Positions 50,445-64,000 are shown, counted from the stretch's first letter. The stretch is DNA of 64,000 nucleotides from Torpedo marmorata (GCA_977017645.1 OZ360223.1:185938001-186002000); one strand, 5' to 3'. A program made the numbers and translations. Notes: generated by a model from the sequence alone, not told the origin.

Positions 50445-51555
50445 TAAATTTAGGGACTTGGATAGGTTGGGAGAATGGACAAAGAAGTGGCACATGGAAT
50501 ACACCATAGGCAAGTGTATAGTCGTGCACTTTGGTGGAAGGAATAAAGAAAATGGACCATTTTCTAAATTGGGAGAGAATTCAGATAGCGGAGGGCCAAA
50601 GGGACTTTGGATTCCGAGTGCAGAATTCCCTGAAGGTTAATTTGCAGGTTGAGTCAGTGGTAAGGAAGGTAAATGCAAAATTAGCATTAATTTTGAGAAG
50701 ACAAGAATATAAAGGCAACGATGTTATGCTGAGGCTTTACAAAGTGTTGGTCAGACCACATTTCGAGTATTGCAAGCAGTTTTGTGCCCCATATCTTAAG
50801 GAAGGATGTGCTGGTATCAGAGAGAGGGTCCAGAGGAGGTGTACGAGAATTACGTGGAACAAGAAAGTCTGCAGATGCTGTGATTGTAGTAAATACACGT
50901 AATTGTTGGAGAAACTTAGCATGTCCCGCAGCATCCATAGGAGGCAAAGATAAATAATATCTCCCCCTGCCCCTTCTTCCCCCCAACCTTTTTATTCAGG
51001 TGCCTGACTGCTTTTGCTCATATTTCGACAAAGGGCTCAGGCCTGAAACATTGGTTGTATATCTTTGCCTCCTATGGATGTTGCGGGATCTGCTAAGTTT
51101 CTCCAGCAATTTTGTGTATTTATTATGAGAATGATCCGAGGGATAAGAGGGCCTAGGCCTTTACTCGCTGGAGCTCAGAAGGATGATGGGGGAATCTCAT
51201 CAAAACATTCCGAATATTGAAAGGGCTCGATAGAGTGACATGGAGAAGATGCTTCCAGTTGTGGTAGAGTTTTGGACCAGAGAGTACTCCTTCAGACTAA
51301 AAACGACATCCTTTTAGAACAGAGATAACGAGGTTTCTTCAGTAAGAGGGTGATGAATCTGTGGAATTCGTTGCCTGTGGAGGCCAAGTCATTGGACAGA
51401 TTTAAAAAGAAGGTTAATAGGTTCTTGATTAGTAAGGGTGTCAAAGGTTATGGGAAGGCAGGAGAATGGGGTTGAAATGAAAAATACATCAGCCATGATT
51501 TCAATGGCAGAGCAAACTTGATGGGTTGAATGGCCTAATTCTGATCCTAAGGCCT
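50445..51555 (+). mobile_element. CR1 LINE 3' fragment interrupted by a Penelope-like element
   Basis: DLDRLGEWTKKWHMEY and LYKVLVRPHFEYC; resumes at about 51124-51133; tail GGTTGAATGGCCTAATTCTG. Confidence 0.88.
50851..51123. mobile_element. Penelope-like inverted-repeat element with a hammerhead remnant
   Basis: Inverted arms 50891-50952 / 51060-51121; TCGACAA-A-GGGC-TCAG-GCCT-GAAAC at about 51025-51049; possible 9-bp TSD TACGAGAAT / TATGAGAAT. Confidence 0.7.
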
Positions 51556-51644
51556 TACTATTCCATTTTCCTTTGTAGAAACCAGAGGAGAACTCCTACA
51601 TTTCCTGTTTTATTTTTAAGAAAATTTAATAACGATAATGTGTT

Positions 51645-53205
51645 TTTGTAATTCACATAATTACAGTGTACATATACACCAAAATCCATGTTTGCAGGAG
51701 CCAAACAGGACCTTTTTGTAAAAAGAATTAAGTTACACCAGTACGGAAAGAGATAATAAATATAAAAGATAAATATTCACATTTACAATTAGTGCAATAA
51801 AAAAATGGTTCAATTGTGCAGGCAAGATTTTTTTTTAATGGGCCCAGAGTAGCTTATGGTTAGGGTAGCCATTGGAAAAAGACTGCTCTTGAACTTAGAG
51901 GTGCTGGGCTTCAGAATTCTGTATCTCCTTCCCGAAGTAGCAGTGAGAAGAGGTTGTGATGAGGATGAGAGTCCTTTATGATGTTGGCTGTCTTCTTGAG
52001 GCAATTCCTCACAGAGATATCTTCAATGGAGTGGAGATTGGAGCCCGTGATAGTCTTGGCAAATTTTGCTACTTTGTGCAGCCTTCTGTGTTCCTGGGCT
52101 TTCGAATTCCCAAAACATGGCCATGATGCAACCAGTCAGTATACTCTCCACAGTACACCTGCAGAGGTTTGAAAAAATATTTGACGACATGCCAAATCTC
52201 AGACTTCTAAGAAAGTAGAGGCGTTGCTGTGCCTTCTTCACAGTTGTCTCAATGTGCTGGCTGCAGGAGAGTTTTTCCAATATGTGCACTTCCAAGAACT
52301 TAAGGTACTTAGCCTCTCTACCTCCATCTCATCAGTACAGACAGGATCGTGGTCCCTCAGCTTTCCCTTCCTAAAATCTACAATGAGCCCAACTCCTTCG
52401 TCTTGCTGACATTGAGAGCAAGATTGTTGTTCTGGCACCACCCGGCCAGATGCTCCACCTCCATTCCGTATTCTGACTCATCATTTTCCATTATTCCTCC
52501 AGTAACGGTGGTGTCATCAGCAAATTTATAGATTGCATTGAGGCTGACCTTGACTATACAGTCATGAGTGACTGGGGAATAGAGCAGTGGACTAAGTTTT
52601 GCTGTATCGGTAGGCAAATTAAAGTGGATCCAGGTCCTTCCTGTGAAAGGAATTGATTTGCTTCAAAGCCAACCTCTCAAAGCACCTCATCACGGTAGAT
52701 GTTACTGGCACTGGCCAATAGTCATTGAGACAGGTTAGCTTGCTCTTTGTTGGCACCAGTATAGATAGTGGATGTCCCGTTGAAGCATGTGGGGACCTCA
52801 GACTGTTGCATTGAGAGGTTAAAAATGTCTGCAAAAACTCCAGTCAGTTGGTTTGCAGAGATTTTGAGGACTTGGCCAGGCACACTGTCTAGGCTGGATG
52901 CTTTCCGAGGATTCATTCTCCTAAAGGTTCTGTTCACCTTAGCTACAGAGACTGCGGGGATAGACTTGCAGGGACCTGTGGGGACTCATGAGGGTTTATC
53001 ATTGTTTTCCCTTTCAAAGTGAGCATAGAAAGTGTTGAGCTCACCTGGAAGAGATGTATTGCAGTTAATGATGCTGCCTTGTTTCACCTTATAGAATATG
53101 CCAGTGTGCAAGTCCTGTCATAGTTACTGAGTGTCCATCTGAGACTCCAGCTTGATCTGAATTGTCTTTTTGCATTGGTTATGAGCTTCTGGAGATTGTA
53201 CCTGC
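51645..53205 (-). mobile_element. Degraded Rex1/Babar LINE
   Basis: Minus-strand ORFs with CLNDYWPVPVTSTVMRCFE, LSPLLYS, YKFADDTTV, LALNVSKTKEL, KAQQRLYFLR and SGRRYR. Confidence 0.9.
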
Positions 53206-53589
53206 TGTTTCTCTGTTTTTAAATAAAGAAACAGTTTGGACCTCTTTTGGCTTCCATTCACTTTCTACACTATTCACTTGGCAAAAATCACAACAGCTTC
53301 CTCACTTTGGCCACTCGTTAAAATAGCTATGAGTGTCTGTTGATCTCTCGTTTTGAATGACAGAATAATTGAAGGAACCTGCTGGCTTCAGAAGGGCAGA
53401 AAGTACATATGTTGAGAAGGCCAATATGAATGCCATGATCAGAGATTTGCTAATGATGTCAAAGTGTGAAGCCAAACAAAATTTTTCCCACTGTCAGCGG
53501 GAGTACCATTAAATGTATTGCCGAAGAGAAATGGTCAGATAAGCTAACCCTTTAGGCGATAGGAATCTGAATTTAATATGGATAATAAT

Positions 53590-53995
53590 GGGTTGCAGTG
53601 GCATTAGTCTAAAGTTACTAGACTTGTCTCTAGATCGGCAATTTAGAATCCTGATTGCCATGTTAAATCCACCATGATAATTTGTTAATATAAATTAAAA
53701 ATTCTTGCATACATCTGAAATTTCATGACAAAATCTAGTTTCAGTGATTGTAATCTCCCAGATTGGATTGTTGTAAAAAGCCATCTGATTCACTGAATTG
53801 CAGAAGGAAATCTGTTATCCTCACTCAGTTCACCTCAAATGTTGGTCTAGACCCACCAATGAGCTTGACTCTCAACTGATTCCACATTCACGATCATTTA
53901 ATGATCGTCATTAAATGCTGGCGTTGCCAGTGATGCCGATACCTATGCTGGCGTTGGCAATGAGCCCATGAATTACGAATGGAAAAATGAATGAA
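53590..53995 (+). mobile_element. Degraded tRNA-derived elasmobranch SINE
   Basis: GATTGTTGTAAAAAGCCATCTGATTCACT..AGAAGGAAATCTG..AGACCCACCAATG..TTGACTCTCAACTG..TAAATGCTGGC..GCCAGTGATGCC; the tail is locally duplicated at about 53915-53962. Confidence 0.6.
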
Positions 53996-54089
53996 AATCT
54001 TGGGAGACATCTTAAATTTTAACTTCGTTAATTATTTTTAAAATGGTAGCAGATAATGTGAGAGTTTTCGATCTGGTAATGAGTTAATC

Positions 54090-54365
54090 CATGGTGCTTC
54101 ACAAGCGGGCAATCACTTTGGGAAAAATGCAGATCTGTTATGTTCACAAGTACAGTCAACACTTTGTGCAGAGTTAGGTCCTACCAACAGTAAATACCTG
54201 TATATTGAACAAGGTTTGGTGAGATGAAGGAATACATACTGGCTATGATTCTTTTTTTTAAAAATCTTACTGATCTTTTGATAAAACCAGAGGATCTTTT
54301 CTGTTCATTTGAAAAGACAGCCTCAATTTAACTTGAGAAAATTAACGGCTCCAATTCTTTAACAA
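54090..54365 (-). mobile_element. Ancient Deu-SINE-like element
   Basis: GGATCTTTTCTGTTCATTTGAAAAGACAG..TTTAAC and CAACACTTTGTGCAGAG..TCCTACCAACAG resemble the reverse complement of the recalled consensus. Confidence 0.4.
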
Positions 54366-57300
54366 TCAATGAGGTGATAAATATTTCACAACTCAAGTGA
54401 ATGAAAAAGCTTCTCACATCTTGCTCATCTTCATGTATTTTATTGATTGTCAACATTTCAATGGATATTTTTTGTTAATTTATGTTTTTGTCATTGCTTT
54501 GTGTGACTAATCACAAAATATTGCAATTTCTCAAAAATGTTCAAAAAAGTTATACAAATATAAGACGTTTCCAATAAAAACTTTGTTTTAGAACAAAAAG
54601 TTTAAGGAATGGAATTCTGTCTTTCAAACCGAAGGTACTTAAAACATTAAGATTTCTGCACATATTAGATTGAAGATTACCATATACAGTACTTGGCTTT
54701 TATTTAAAGTCAGCAGAACAACAGAGTTTCTGCAAATAATTAAATCATTGTGGTCTATTCTCATGAAAATTGACACAAATTGCTTGAGATTCGAGATTTG
54801 CAAGGTACCAGCAAGATTGGTTCACCTTTATTTAAAAATAAATATTTGCAAAAAAAGGTTACTTATACAAACTGAGGGAAAAGAAAATGTAAACATTAAT
54901 TATTCACTCCATTTTGATAATAGCCTTGGGTTATTGCCTGTAATTTTTGTTTTGTTTTTTTTTAATGAAGGAAAGACATAATTATCTTTAATTTGTTGTT
55001 TCTTTTCATTGAAAGTTGCGTTTATGTTTTAGTTGGAATAACTTTGACAAAAAAAGACACAATTACTGTTCAACCTCTACTCTCACTGATTTTGTACATA
55101 TATGTTTGGATGCATGCCAGCATACTCTTGATGTCATTGCCAACAAAGTTTTTGGAAAACTGGGTTTATTCTTTTGCAGTCCAATGAAGAAATATCCTAT
55201 TAATATATTAGATGTTAACTGGTCAGTTTAAACTTACTCTGAAGCGGTCCATAACTGTTGAATGTAGTTCATGCTTTTTAGCTTTATTGAAGAGATGCAC
55301 ATAATTTCTTTCAACATTGGGCCAACATAATAATATTTCCACCAAATGAAACTTACAATGCAACATTATTGTTTTTAAATTGAAAGCAAAAAAGTCAAAT
55401 AAATATACTTGCATAAATATGGTCAGAATATTCTCTGTAAATTGTGCTCAATCCATTCCCCTGCAGAAATTACGACTGTATTGCATCCTTTAATGGCAGA
55501 TGAGAATTATTTAATATCTAAAGTCACATAGTTGAATTTTAAATGAAAGATGGGTTGGCTTTGACACAGCACAAACAAATTTTGTGTGAATTTTCTATTT
55601 TGCTTTTCATGTGCAATGCCATTATTGCAAAATTTTGAAAAGAAAAGAGATATGTTTGTTATTTGATAAATGTTTTAGATATCCTATTTTCCTTGATCTT
55701 TTTTCCTGCAGTCAAAGGACAAGTATACTCAGATATGCAATGGTTTTCTCTCTTTGTTTTAATTGTCAGCCATCACCCCACCTCTCATGTTTTATATCCC
55801 ACTGCCCAACATTTCCCCCCCCCCTAAGTCAAGGTGCTGTGGCTTGGAGGAGATGGATGAACAATTTTTAGCTGCATATTTTATGTACAGTTTATGAACA
55901 AAGGCATTAAGAAAATGGGTCTCCAAAAATGTGGTCTGTTTCTTTTACAAATGTCTGCAACAAGGAACGAAATTGTGGAACTATTGATAATGGCCTTTTA
56001 TAAAATATCAGCACTTTCATATAGTATACATAAATCATTCCAAGGGGCAGTTAAGTACCGTAAATCCATTAGATCTAATTAGGTACCCATGACCTGTAAT
56101 TAATTATGCTTTCCAGACACAATCTCATTAATATTATGATGTCATGTCTTGAAGGCATTCTTTACTTATATCAAAACACTTCAGGCAGTGAAATTTAAAG
56201 AAAAGGTACAGGTGAAACATTTCATCAAATTATAATTCAATTTCCCAAAGCTCACATGAAAGAATGCCATTTTGACTGATCACAATGGGCTGTGGAATAC
56301 TGGATTAAGGATTCACAGGCGTTGGGTTCCAGCCTGAGCGGTGTTGAAGTCAGATTGGCTTCATAGTGCAGGAGATCATGGCTGTGATTCCTCTCTGTAC
56401 AAGAATATATCAGTGTTTATACTCTGGGCAAAAGAAGGTTTATGGAAGTAAATTTTAAATTTGTAAAGCAATCTTGTATATTGCGTACAAATTTGCATAC
56501 AACAAAGCGATTACTTACGAAATAGTTGATGAGGAAGGAAACAACTAATCAGGTGATGCTGATCCCTGATAAACTTTTCATTTTGCATCTTTCTTTGCTG
56601 TACATGATATTCTTTTTGCTATCTGCTTGTCTACTTATGGTGTCACAAAATGAACCACAGTAAAAAGAAATACAGTATTAGCAGGCAATGTTAAATGTAG
56701 TGCCAACACTACATTGGTTAAGCGAGTAGTTGCATATCACGTGTACATGCTGTGCATAATATAGATTAAATCAAATATAACTTCTCTCATCTCAGCCAAT
56801 GGACTTTGAATATACTAAAATTAATTCTTTCAACAATGTAACAAATTAGTAACATTTCCTCCAAATCAAAACTCAGTGATGAAATCTGGAATTAGTCTGA
56901 CTTGGCAGCTGGTTAAAATGTTGTCATAATTTTGAATTTGTACGTTCTGCTATACTTTCAAAATGAACGTATGAAAAAAAAATGGAATTATTCTTCGTAG
57001 TATTGTGGTGACTTACTAAACTCCAGCAAAATCACAATTTGGGATACCAATGACTATGTAATTTGCTGTAATAAATACTAATTCTGGGATACAAAGCTTT
57101 AATCGTGTAATTTTAATCTGATTTTAAATAAACTGTCAATTATAAGATTTGCTTTCATTTTAAGGATGTCTCTCTATTTCCTGTAGCCTACTGATGCTGT
57201 TTTAAAATAGATCAATGGAGTTTTAGCAAATTTAAGAATAAAGATTGAGAAAACTGTAAATGTAGAATGACCTGTTCTTTTATAACTATATTTAATTTGA

Positions 57301-58608
57301 ATATTTAAGGCATGGTTGAATTTAATGTTTAAATGAATTTAAGCCAAATCGTTTTTGAATTTTGCATTTATATTCTCCAGAAAAGGGAGAGAGCTAATAA
57401 TAGTATTTCTATCCTTTTTTATTGTGAAGGTTTTTGTGATAACTACTATAAATATCTATATTTATATTCCAGTAAATGTTAAAATATTTTGGAATATCAT
57501 TTTAATATGATTTGGATGACAAAATAGGAACACTCAAATGCTGACGACAAGAACTCAGAAACCAAGTTAGATTTTTTATTGATGTTTGCCAAAGCATTAC
57601 TCTGTATTAATGTTTTTGACATCACTATTGTTGAATCTTATAAAAGTTCAACAATGGAGTCAGATTCCAAATGCAGTAATTCCAATTAATATCCTCATGT
57701 CTATTTGTGGAGTCACTAACATACGTTTTTTTTAAAAATCAGTATAAAAGGAAAAAATACTTTTAAAGATTCTGTTGCACTCTCCAAATGTCTGACTTTC
57801 TGATACAAAGTAAATTATATTTAAAATGTTTTCAGTAAAGAGCGTCATTTCATCCCAAGATGTGAAAATAGTATATGATATGGATTTGAAAAATGAACGC
57901 CATACTGTTTTTTACAAATTAGAATAGTCGTTGGAAAATTAATACTGCTAATGCTCGTTGCAGTTTTCTTATCCATTATTGGTCAGAATTGAATAGATTC
58001 TCATGAAAACACTGGAAAACAAAAATAATATGTTTGATTTTATGCACCAACATTCTTTAATATTTGAATTAATCTTCTCGAGAGGAAATCATGCCAGTTT
58101 GACTTTCTACGTCCATACACCAGTGAAGTAACATTGGCCGATTCTATTTGCAGTCTAGTTTTTGAATTATGCTACGGCAGGTGTAAATCTATTGAATAAA
58201 ACTCAAACAAAATTGCAGTCTTTATCTTGCTATCCAATGAAGTACGCTGAAGTCAGTATAAGTATGGGCTAAAGACATTTATTTGAAAAGGTAACATTAT
58301 CCAGCAATAAAAATAAAAGCAGTGAGCCTTGTTCTCTTATCTTTGTTTTGTTTGCCAAAATGCCCAGTGCAGTACTGAGCATATTATTAAATTTCTATTT
58401 CAGCGTAATTAATGCCAAAGAAGATGCACAATTAACTTTTAAAGAGGTTAGACTCCCTATATCTAGTGTCACAATTTTAGTTTCTGCTAGCTGTTCATGT
58501 AGACTTTTAATATACTGATGTTTACTAAACTTTCTAAGGGGGAAAAATTACTGCCAAGGCTATTGTGTGAAGTTAATTTTAATTTTTAAGGTAAATTTTA
58601 TAATAAAC

Positions 58609-60386
58609 GGAAGGAATTAAATATTTGGGAATAAAGACTGATACAAAATTAGTTAATTTATATAAATTAAATTATATACCATTATTTATGAAAATTAAAA
58701 AAGCTTCAGAAAGTTGGAAGGATTTACCTATAACTTTAATAGGAAGGGTAAATTGTATTAAAATGAATGTTTTTCCAAGAATTCAATATCTTTTTTAATC
58801 CATTCCTTATGAAATTCCTCAGAATTGTTTTAAAGATTTAAATTTAATTATTAGGAAGTTTTTGTGGAAAGGAAAGTTGGCTAGAGTATGTATGCAGAAA
58901 TTAACTTGGAATTATGAATTGGGTGGTTTACAACTTCCTAATTTTCAAAATTATTATAAAGCAGCTCAATTAAAATTTATTAATGAAATGTTTGATTCAG
59001 GAAAATCTTCTGCTTGGATTAAAATAGAATTAAATAATATAGGAGAAGATTTGAAAGAAGAAGTTATTTATAAATGGAATTCTAAATTAGTATTAACAAG
59101 AGGGAAAAATTCTCCCATTTTTAGACATTTGTTAGAAATATGGAATAGAGTGGATAGGGAGATAGGAGGGAAAGGGTTAATTTCTCGAAGAATGCCTTTA
59201 TATCAAAATAAACTTATTCCATTTACTGTTGATAATCAACTATTTAAAATTTGGTTTCAAAAGGGAATTAAGAAAATAAATGATTGTTTTGAAGCTAGTA
59301 AATTTATTACTTTTTAGAGAACGAAAGAAAAGTTTAATGTATCAGATAATACACTTTTTGCTTATTATCAAATTAGAGCATTTTTAGTTGAAAGGTTGGG
59401 TTATAGTTTGATTTTACCAAGACAAAGTGAATTGGAATTATTAGTTATTAATGGAGGTGTAAATAAATTTATTTCTCAAATGTATAGATTATTACAGAGA
59501 AAAATGCCCAAAGTAGGAATTCACAAATCAAGATTAAAATGGGAATCAGATTTGAATGTAACAATAGATGAAGAACATTGGAAATAATTATGTAAATTAA
59601 GTATGACAAAAAATATTAATGTCAGATATAGACTAGTGCAATATAATTTTTTTCATCAATTATATTTAACACCTAAAAAATTAAAGAAATTTAATCCGAC
59701 ATTATCTTGTTTATGTTTTAGATGTAATGGAGAGGAATGTTCTTTTCGACATTCTACATGGCTTTGTCCAAAGATATATGATTTTTGGTTGAAAGTTAAA
59801 AAGTTTTTAGATAAAGTATTAAGAATTACACTCCCAATGGATCCTATGATATTTTTATTTGGAGATATTAAAAGAATTAGTACCAAGATGAAATTAAATA
59901 TGTATCAAATAGAATTTTTGCGAATTGCTTTAGCTGTTTCTAAGAAATGTATTGCTATTACATGGAAATCTGATGTAGATTTAGGGTTAGATAGGTGGCA
60001 TGCAGAAGTTCGTTCAGCTAAACCACTTGAAAAAAATACTTATAATTTACGTAATTAATATCATTTCTTTTTGAAAATATGGAGCCCATATATAAAAACG
60101 GTTGGTTCAAGGATTTGAAGATCTCTGTATATCAGATCTTGACTGGTGAACCTATTTTCCACAATAAAATTAGTTTATAGTTGGTTTTTTTTAGATTGAC
60201 ATTCTCCTTATTTTATTTTTTTCTTTCTTTTTTCTATTTTATTAGATTAGTAGGGGTGGGAGGGTTAGGGAGGGGAGGGAGGGTGGGGGTGGGGAGAAAA
60301 TGTATCACATGTATTTTGATAATTTTGCATTTTATACAGTGTCTTGTGTGATTTAAAAATTTTAAATAAAATATTTTAAAAAAAAA
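58609..60386 (+). mobile_element. 5'-truncated L1 copy 3 (longest, about 1.8 kb)
   Basis: GRVNCIKMNVFPRIQY, WKGKLARV and GGLQLPNFQNYYKAAQL; CCHC knuckle CFRCNGEECSFRHSTWLC; several stops; A-tail; 11-bp TSD TTATAATAAAC (58598-58608, 60387-60397). Confidence 0.95.
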
Positions 60387-63300
60387 TTATAATAAACATC
60401 CGATGAGAAATGGCATAACAGCTGCAGGTCTTCACATTTTTCACACTCTTTTGTGTTCATTTCAATGAAGAAAATTTCCACTATTGAAATATGAAAAACC
60501 CAATTTCGGCATTCTTCTGGTTTTATTTCTTGCAGCTCTCAGTAACATATTCAACACAAAAATTAAATTGTAAACGGAACAAATCAAGGCATTACATACT
60601 TGTTTAGTTTTTGAGCTGAAGGCACATTTTCAACTGAATAACCTTATGGTACAAGAAAGTGTAGATTGGTATGTTGGACACATGGCGAGTGTTTGTAGCT
60701 TGAAGTACAAAGGAATCTAATCTAGGTCAGAAAACTGTTGAGATAGAATAAACAATTCTTAATTTAATGATTATTCCTTTAAATATAGAAGGAAAATAAA
60801 ACATTCCTTGCAGGATACAAAATGAATTTAAAATCACTTTGTATTGTGAAATAGAAGGAATGGAAGAAATGTTTTGCAAACAGGGCGATTAAATGAAAAA
60901 CATAAAAAAACACATGAAACACCGATGTGTTGAAACAACTTGCTCCTTACCTCTTGCTTCTTTTACCTAAACTTTCAATTTCATACATAAATAATTCTGA
61001 ATCCCCAGTGTACTTTTCACACTGACCACTTTTTAAAGTGTTGAAAATGCATTCATTTAACCATTCAGATTTGCTGTTTTTGCAATGAGGAAAAATTCAT
61101 GTTAATATAAAAAAAGAAGCTTGTATTTATTTAGGAGAGGAGTGAACTATTTGTAATACATCTAGCAATATATATTCGGGATTGAATTTCAATGTACTAA
61201 ATAAAATATAAAACATATCATTGTTCAACCTTGTGTATTTATTCACGCTTATTTAAGCATGCCCATTTTGATGCAATACTATGTTCTGGAAACACCAGGC
61301 TAACCTCCTTTGTTGGATTTTTAAAATTACAGGTAAATTACGCTTTATTTTTAAAAATATGTTAATATTTTTTGCCTTCTGAAATGCTTATTTTTCCTTT
61401 ACTGATTTTCAATTAAAAAAAAGGCCACAAAGGAGGGATGTGAGTTCAGTCAACAGGATCTTTTAAGTTACATGAGTGTCATAACATTGGACATAATCCA
61501 TCTGATTTGAAGTGGAGGTATTATTGACTGTCCAAACCTTTGAGTTTATGGGTCATTTCCACAGAATTCTTCATTATTTGCTAATTAAAGGCTTACACAT
61601 TATTTCTCAAGCTTTTCCATTTCCATAAAATTATCTAGATTTGTCATGAAGGGGAATTGATATCCCAATGTTTACTACAACTTGTCAGAATTCAAGCAAG
61701 GTACTAACAACACTAAGGTAGCTCCGAATATAAAGTAATTTTATTAATTTGTTTAATTGAAGCAATAAGTTGTCTTTTCCATTGAATGTATTGTTCACCT
61801 TCAGAGAAAGACTAATCTGATTTCTTCCCCAAACTAATCAGTTCACATTTGCTGTTCAAACCATATTCAAACTCCCTGAAGATTTTATTTACTTTCTAGA
61901 ATTTTCAGATGGTGTTTTTAAAATAGAGGCTGATGAAATCTAACTCAAATCACAAAGAGTTAAAAGTCCTTTTATTTAAAATTAAAATTGTGTATTTTAA
62001 GGGGACACTTTCATTTATTTGAATGAATACTGCGACATAATAGACAGTCATTGCCCATCAAATTTTATATCAGTTAAGTTTAATATTGAGTATTTTGTTT
62101 AAGAAAACAACTTATTTTGTTAAGAAAATGTTAAAATTAACAATGATCAAGTGTGGAAAAATACCTTTTAGATCAAAGAGGCGTTTACGTTTGTGGTCTG
62201 ATTCTAGATTCCGAATTAAAGAACAAATTAAATAATTTGCAGCACATTTAATAAAAAAAGCAGGTGTTTGAAGTGGATCCAAAAGACAATTTAAACTGAA
62301 TTTAATTATTAATTTATGAGTAAATGTGACTTGTATTTGGATTGTATTTTTTTTTAATGATCTGCTGGTATAAGTGGATTTGTGGATCATAATTCCCATT
62401 GATACAGGTGTATGATGTCAACTTTTTTCACAGAATAGAACTTGGGTCGTTCAACCAACTGCATTTGATTTCTTGTTTTGCACGATTATTTATTTTGTTT
62501 CATGCAAGCATTCAAGCTGTCAGAATGGGTAGAGAATTTTGACGCATTACAAAAATGACAGGAACATAACTTTTCATAGTAACTTAAATAGCTTTTGTTT
62601 TATTAGTGCATTTATATATTAATCCACTTATCTATATTTTTATTGACAATGATTCTTTATTTATTGACTTGGAGTGAAGATAGCTTTGTGTAATTGCATT
62701 CTTGCATTTACTTCAAAATCAGTGGTTAAGTAAAAGAGTAGCGTGTGCAGTTTAATTGTTCACTCATTGCACCCAACTGCCTCTAATGCTTAGAGCCACA
62801 TTGTTGGAACTTTATATCCAAAAGTAAAAACTTGGATAATTGCTTTATGTGTTTATGTACATTTTGGGTTTTCAAGATATTATGATGTAAAAATTAGGAG
62901 GGTTTTATTCACAAATTTCTCAATTAAATTAAGCCAACTAGTACTGCATCACTTCATTTCTTTTTTGCTGATTTGTTTGCTTGCATTGTCTTCCTATATT
63001 TTTTCTTGCTTTCTTTTCAAGATTTGTTGGGCTTATTTACAGTTTGATTGTAAATCTTTTATTTAAATTTGAGTTTTTTTAAAAGATACTCTCTAGTGTG
63101 GGTCACACCATGACATTTATTTCATACAGCTTCCCTGTACTGTATTCTGTGACTTAAGCAGTAGGAAGACTAGTCCTCAGATGTAATCCAGCTGTGCAAA
63201 AGTAACCCTGGAATGAAAGCGGTACACAAAGCTGCAGGGGTATATTTTCTAATTGCTTTTCTTAAACATGAGTCTAATACATGGCATTTCTTCAAATTAA

Positions 63301-64000
63301 ATTTTTTATCAGGGTATCATTAGAGTGTTTCCATTTCAAGACCTAACACACATTTTGTAATAAGAAACGTTGCTATTGTGTGTCACCCTCATATATAAAA
63401 TGTCTGGAATATGCTGTAATTCACATAAATATCAAATGTGTCTTAAGTGTAGTTAAATAGAAATAAACGTATATGTTTCAGTTTTAACTACAGTCCTTTT
63501 TGTATGGCACATTTATAACTGAGTTCCTGTACTCGAGAAAGTTTAAAAAAAAAACTATTTAAAAAAAAAGCCAATATATAGGTCTTAACACTGAGCCAAT
63601 GTCAGAAATATTGCATAAACAATTGATGTGTACAATGCACACAGCCCTCTCAAGCAAAGCCTTTCCTCTGCTTTTAAGTTTGCAGCAACCAATGCAAAAA
63701 TATTGCAGCAACATTCTGAATTGGGGAAGAAGTGGTAAAATATTTTAATTCAGGAATGTTTTAATTTCCTAAAATTACGAGCTTTCTTAATATCCTATCT
63801 TAAATTTAGTTCACCCAAGCTAGCAAAATATTGGGATGAGGTCTGTTTATTACGCTGAATTATTCATGTTCTCTGAATAAAGTTAATATTCCAGGCTGTT
63901 TTTGCTGTGTCTCTCACAATAAGATAAGAACCCTGTAATTGCCCACTCTTCCCACTCTCACAGCGTAGATCACAACAGAATTCGTTTTGAGTTTGACTCA

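Noticed and set aside
56285-56430. tRNA-like GGGTTCCAGCC motif
   Set aside because: No cloverleaf can be folded; at most an unclassifiable old SINE head.

Overview
AT-rich eukaryotic (vertebrate) non-coding DNA. I recognise no host protein-coding exon, tRNA, rRNA or CRISPR array; every recognisable ORF comes from a transposable element. The repeats are abundant CR1/HER1-type LINEs, an HE1-like SINE, Deu-SINE-like relics, Rex/Babar LINEs and palindromic Penelope-like repeats. This set points to a cartilaginous fish (inference from recalled consensus sequences, no database search). The window reads as a large intron or gene desert, with TE-poor blocks that may be conserved non-coding elements between TE clusters. 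Elements with termini or target-site duplications (TSDs) visible in the sequence: a composite hAT MITE of two inverted MITEs (4230-4603), three copies of a very AT-rich L1 family, a Chapaev3 derivative with TTA TSDs and a RAG1-like transposase C-terminus (9756-10368), two Tigger/pogo MITEs, two solo LTRs, a Helitron derivative (36708-37388), two Penelope-like hairpins with decayed hammerhead cores, and a Rex > hAT > hAT nest. There is a 131-N gap at 18973-19103. I found no convincing new multi-gene system; the most unusual signals are TE architectures.
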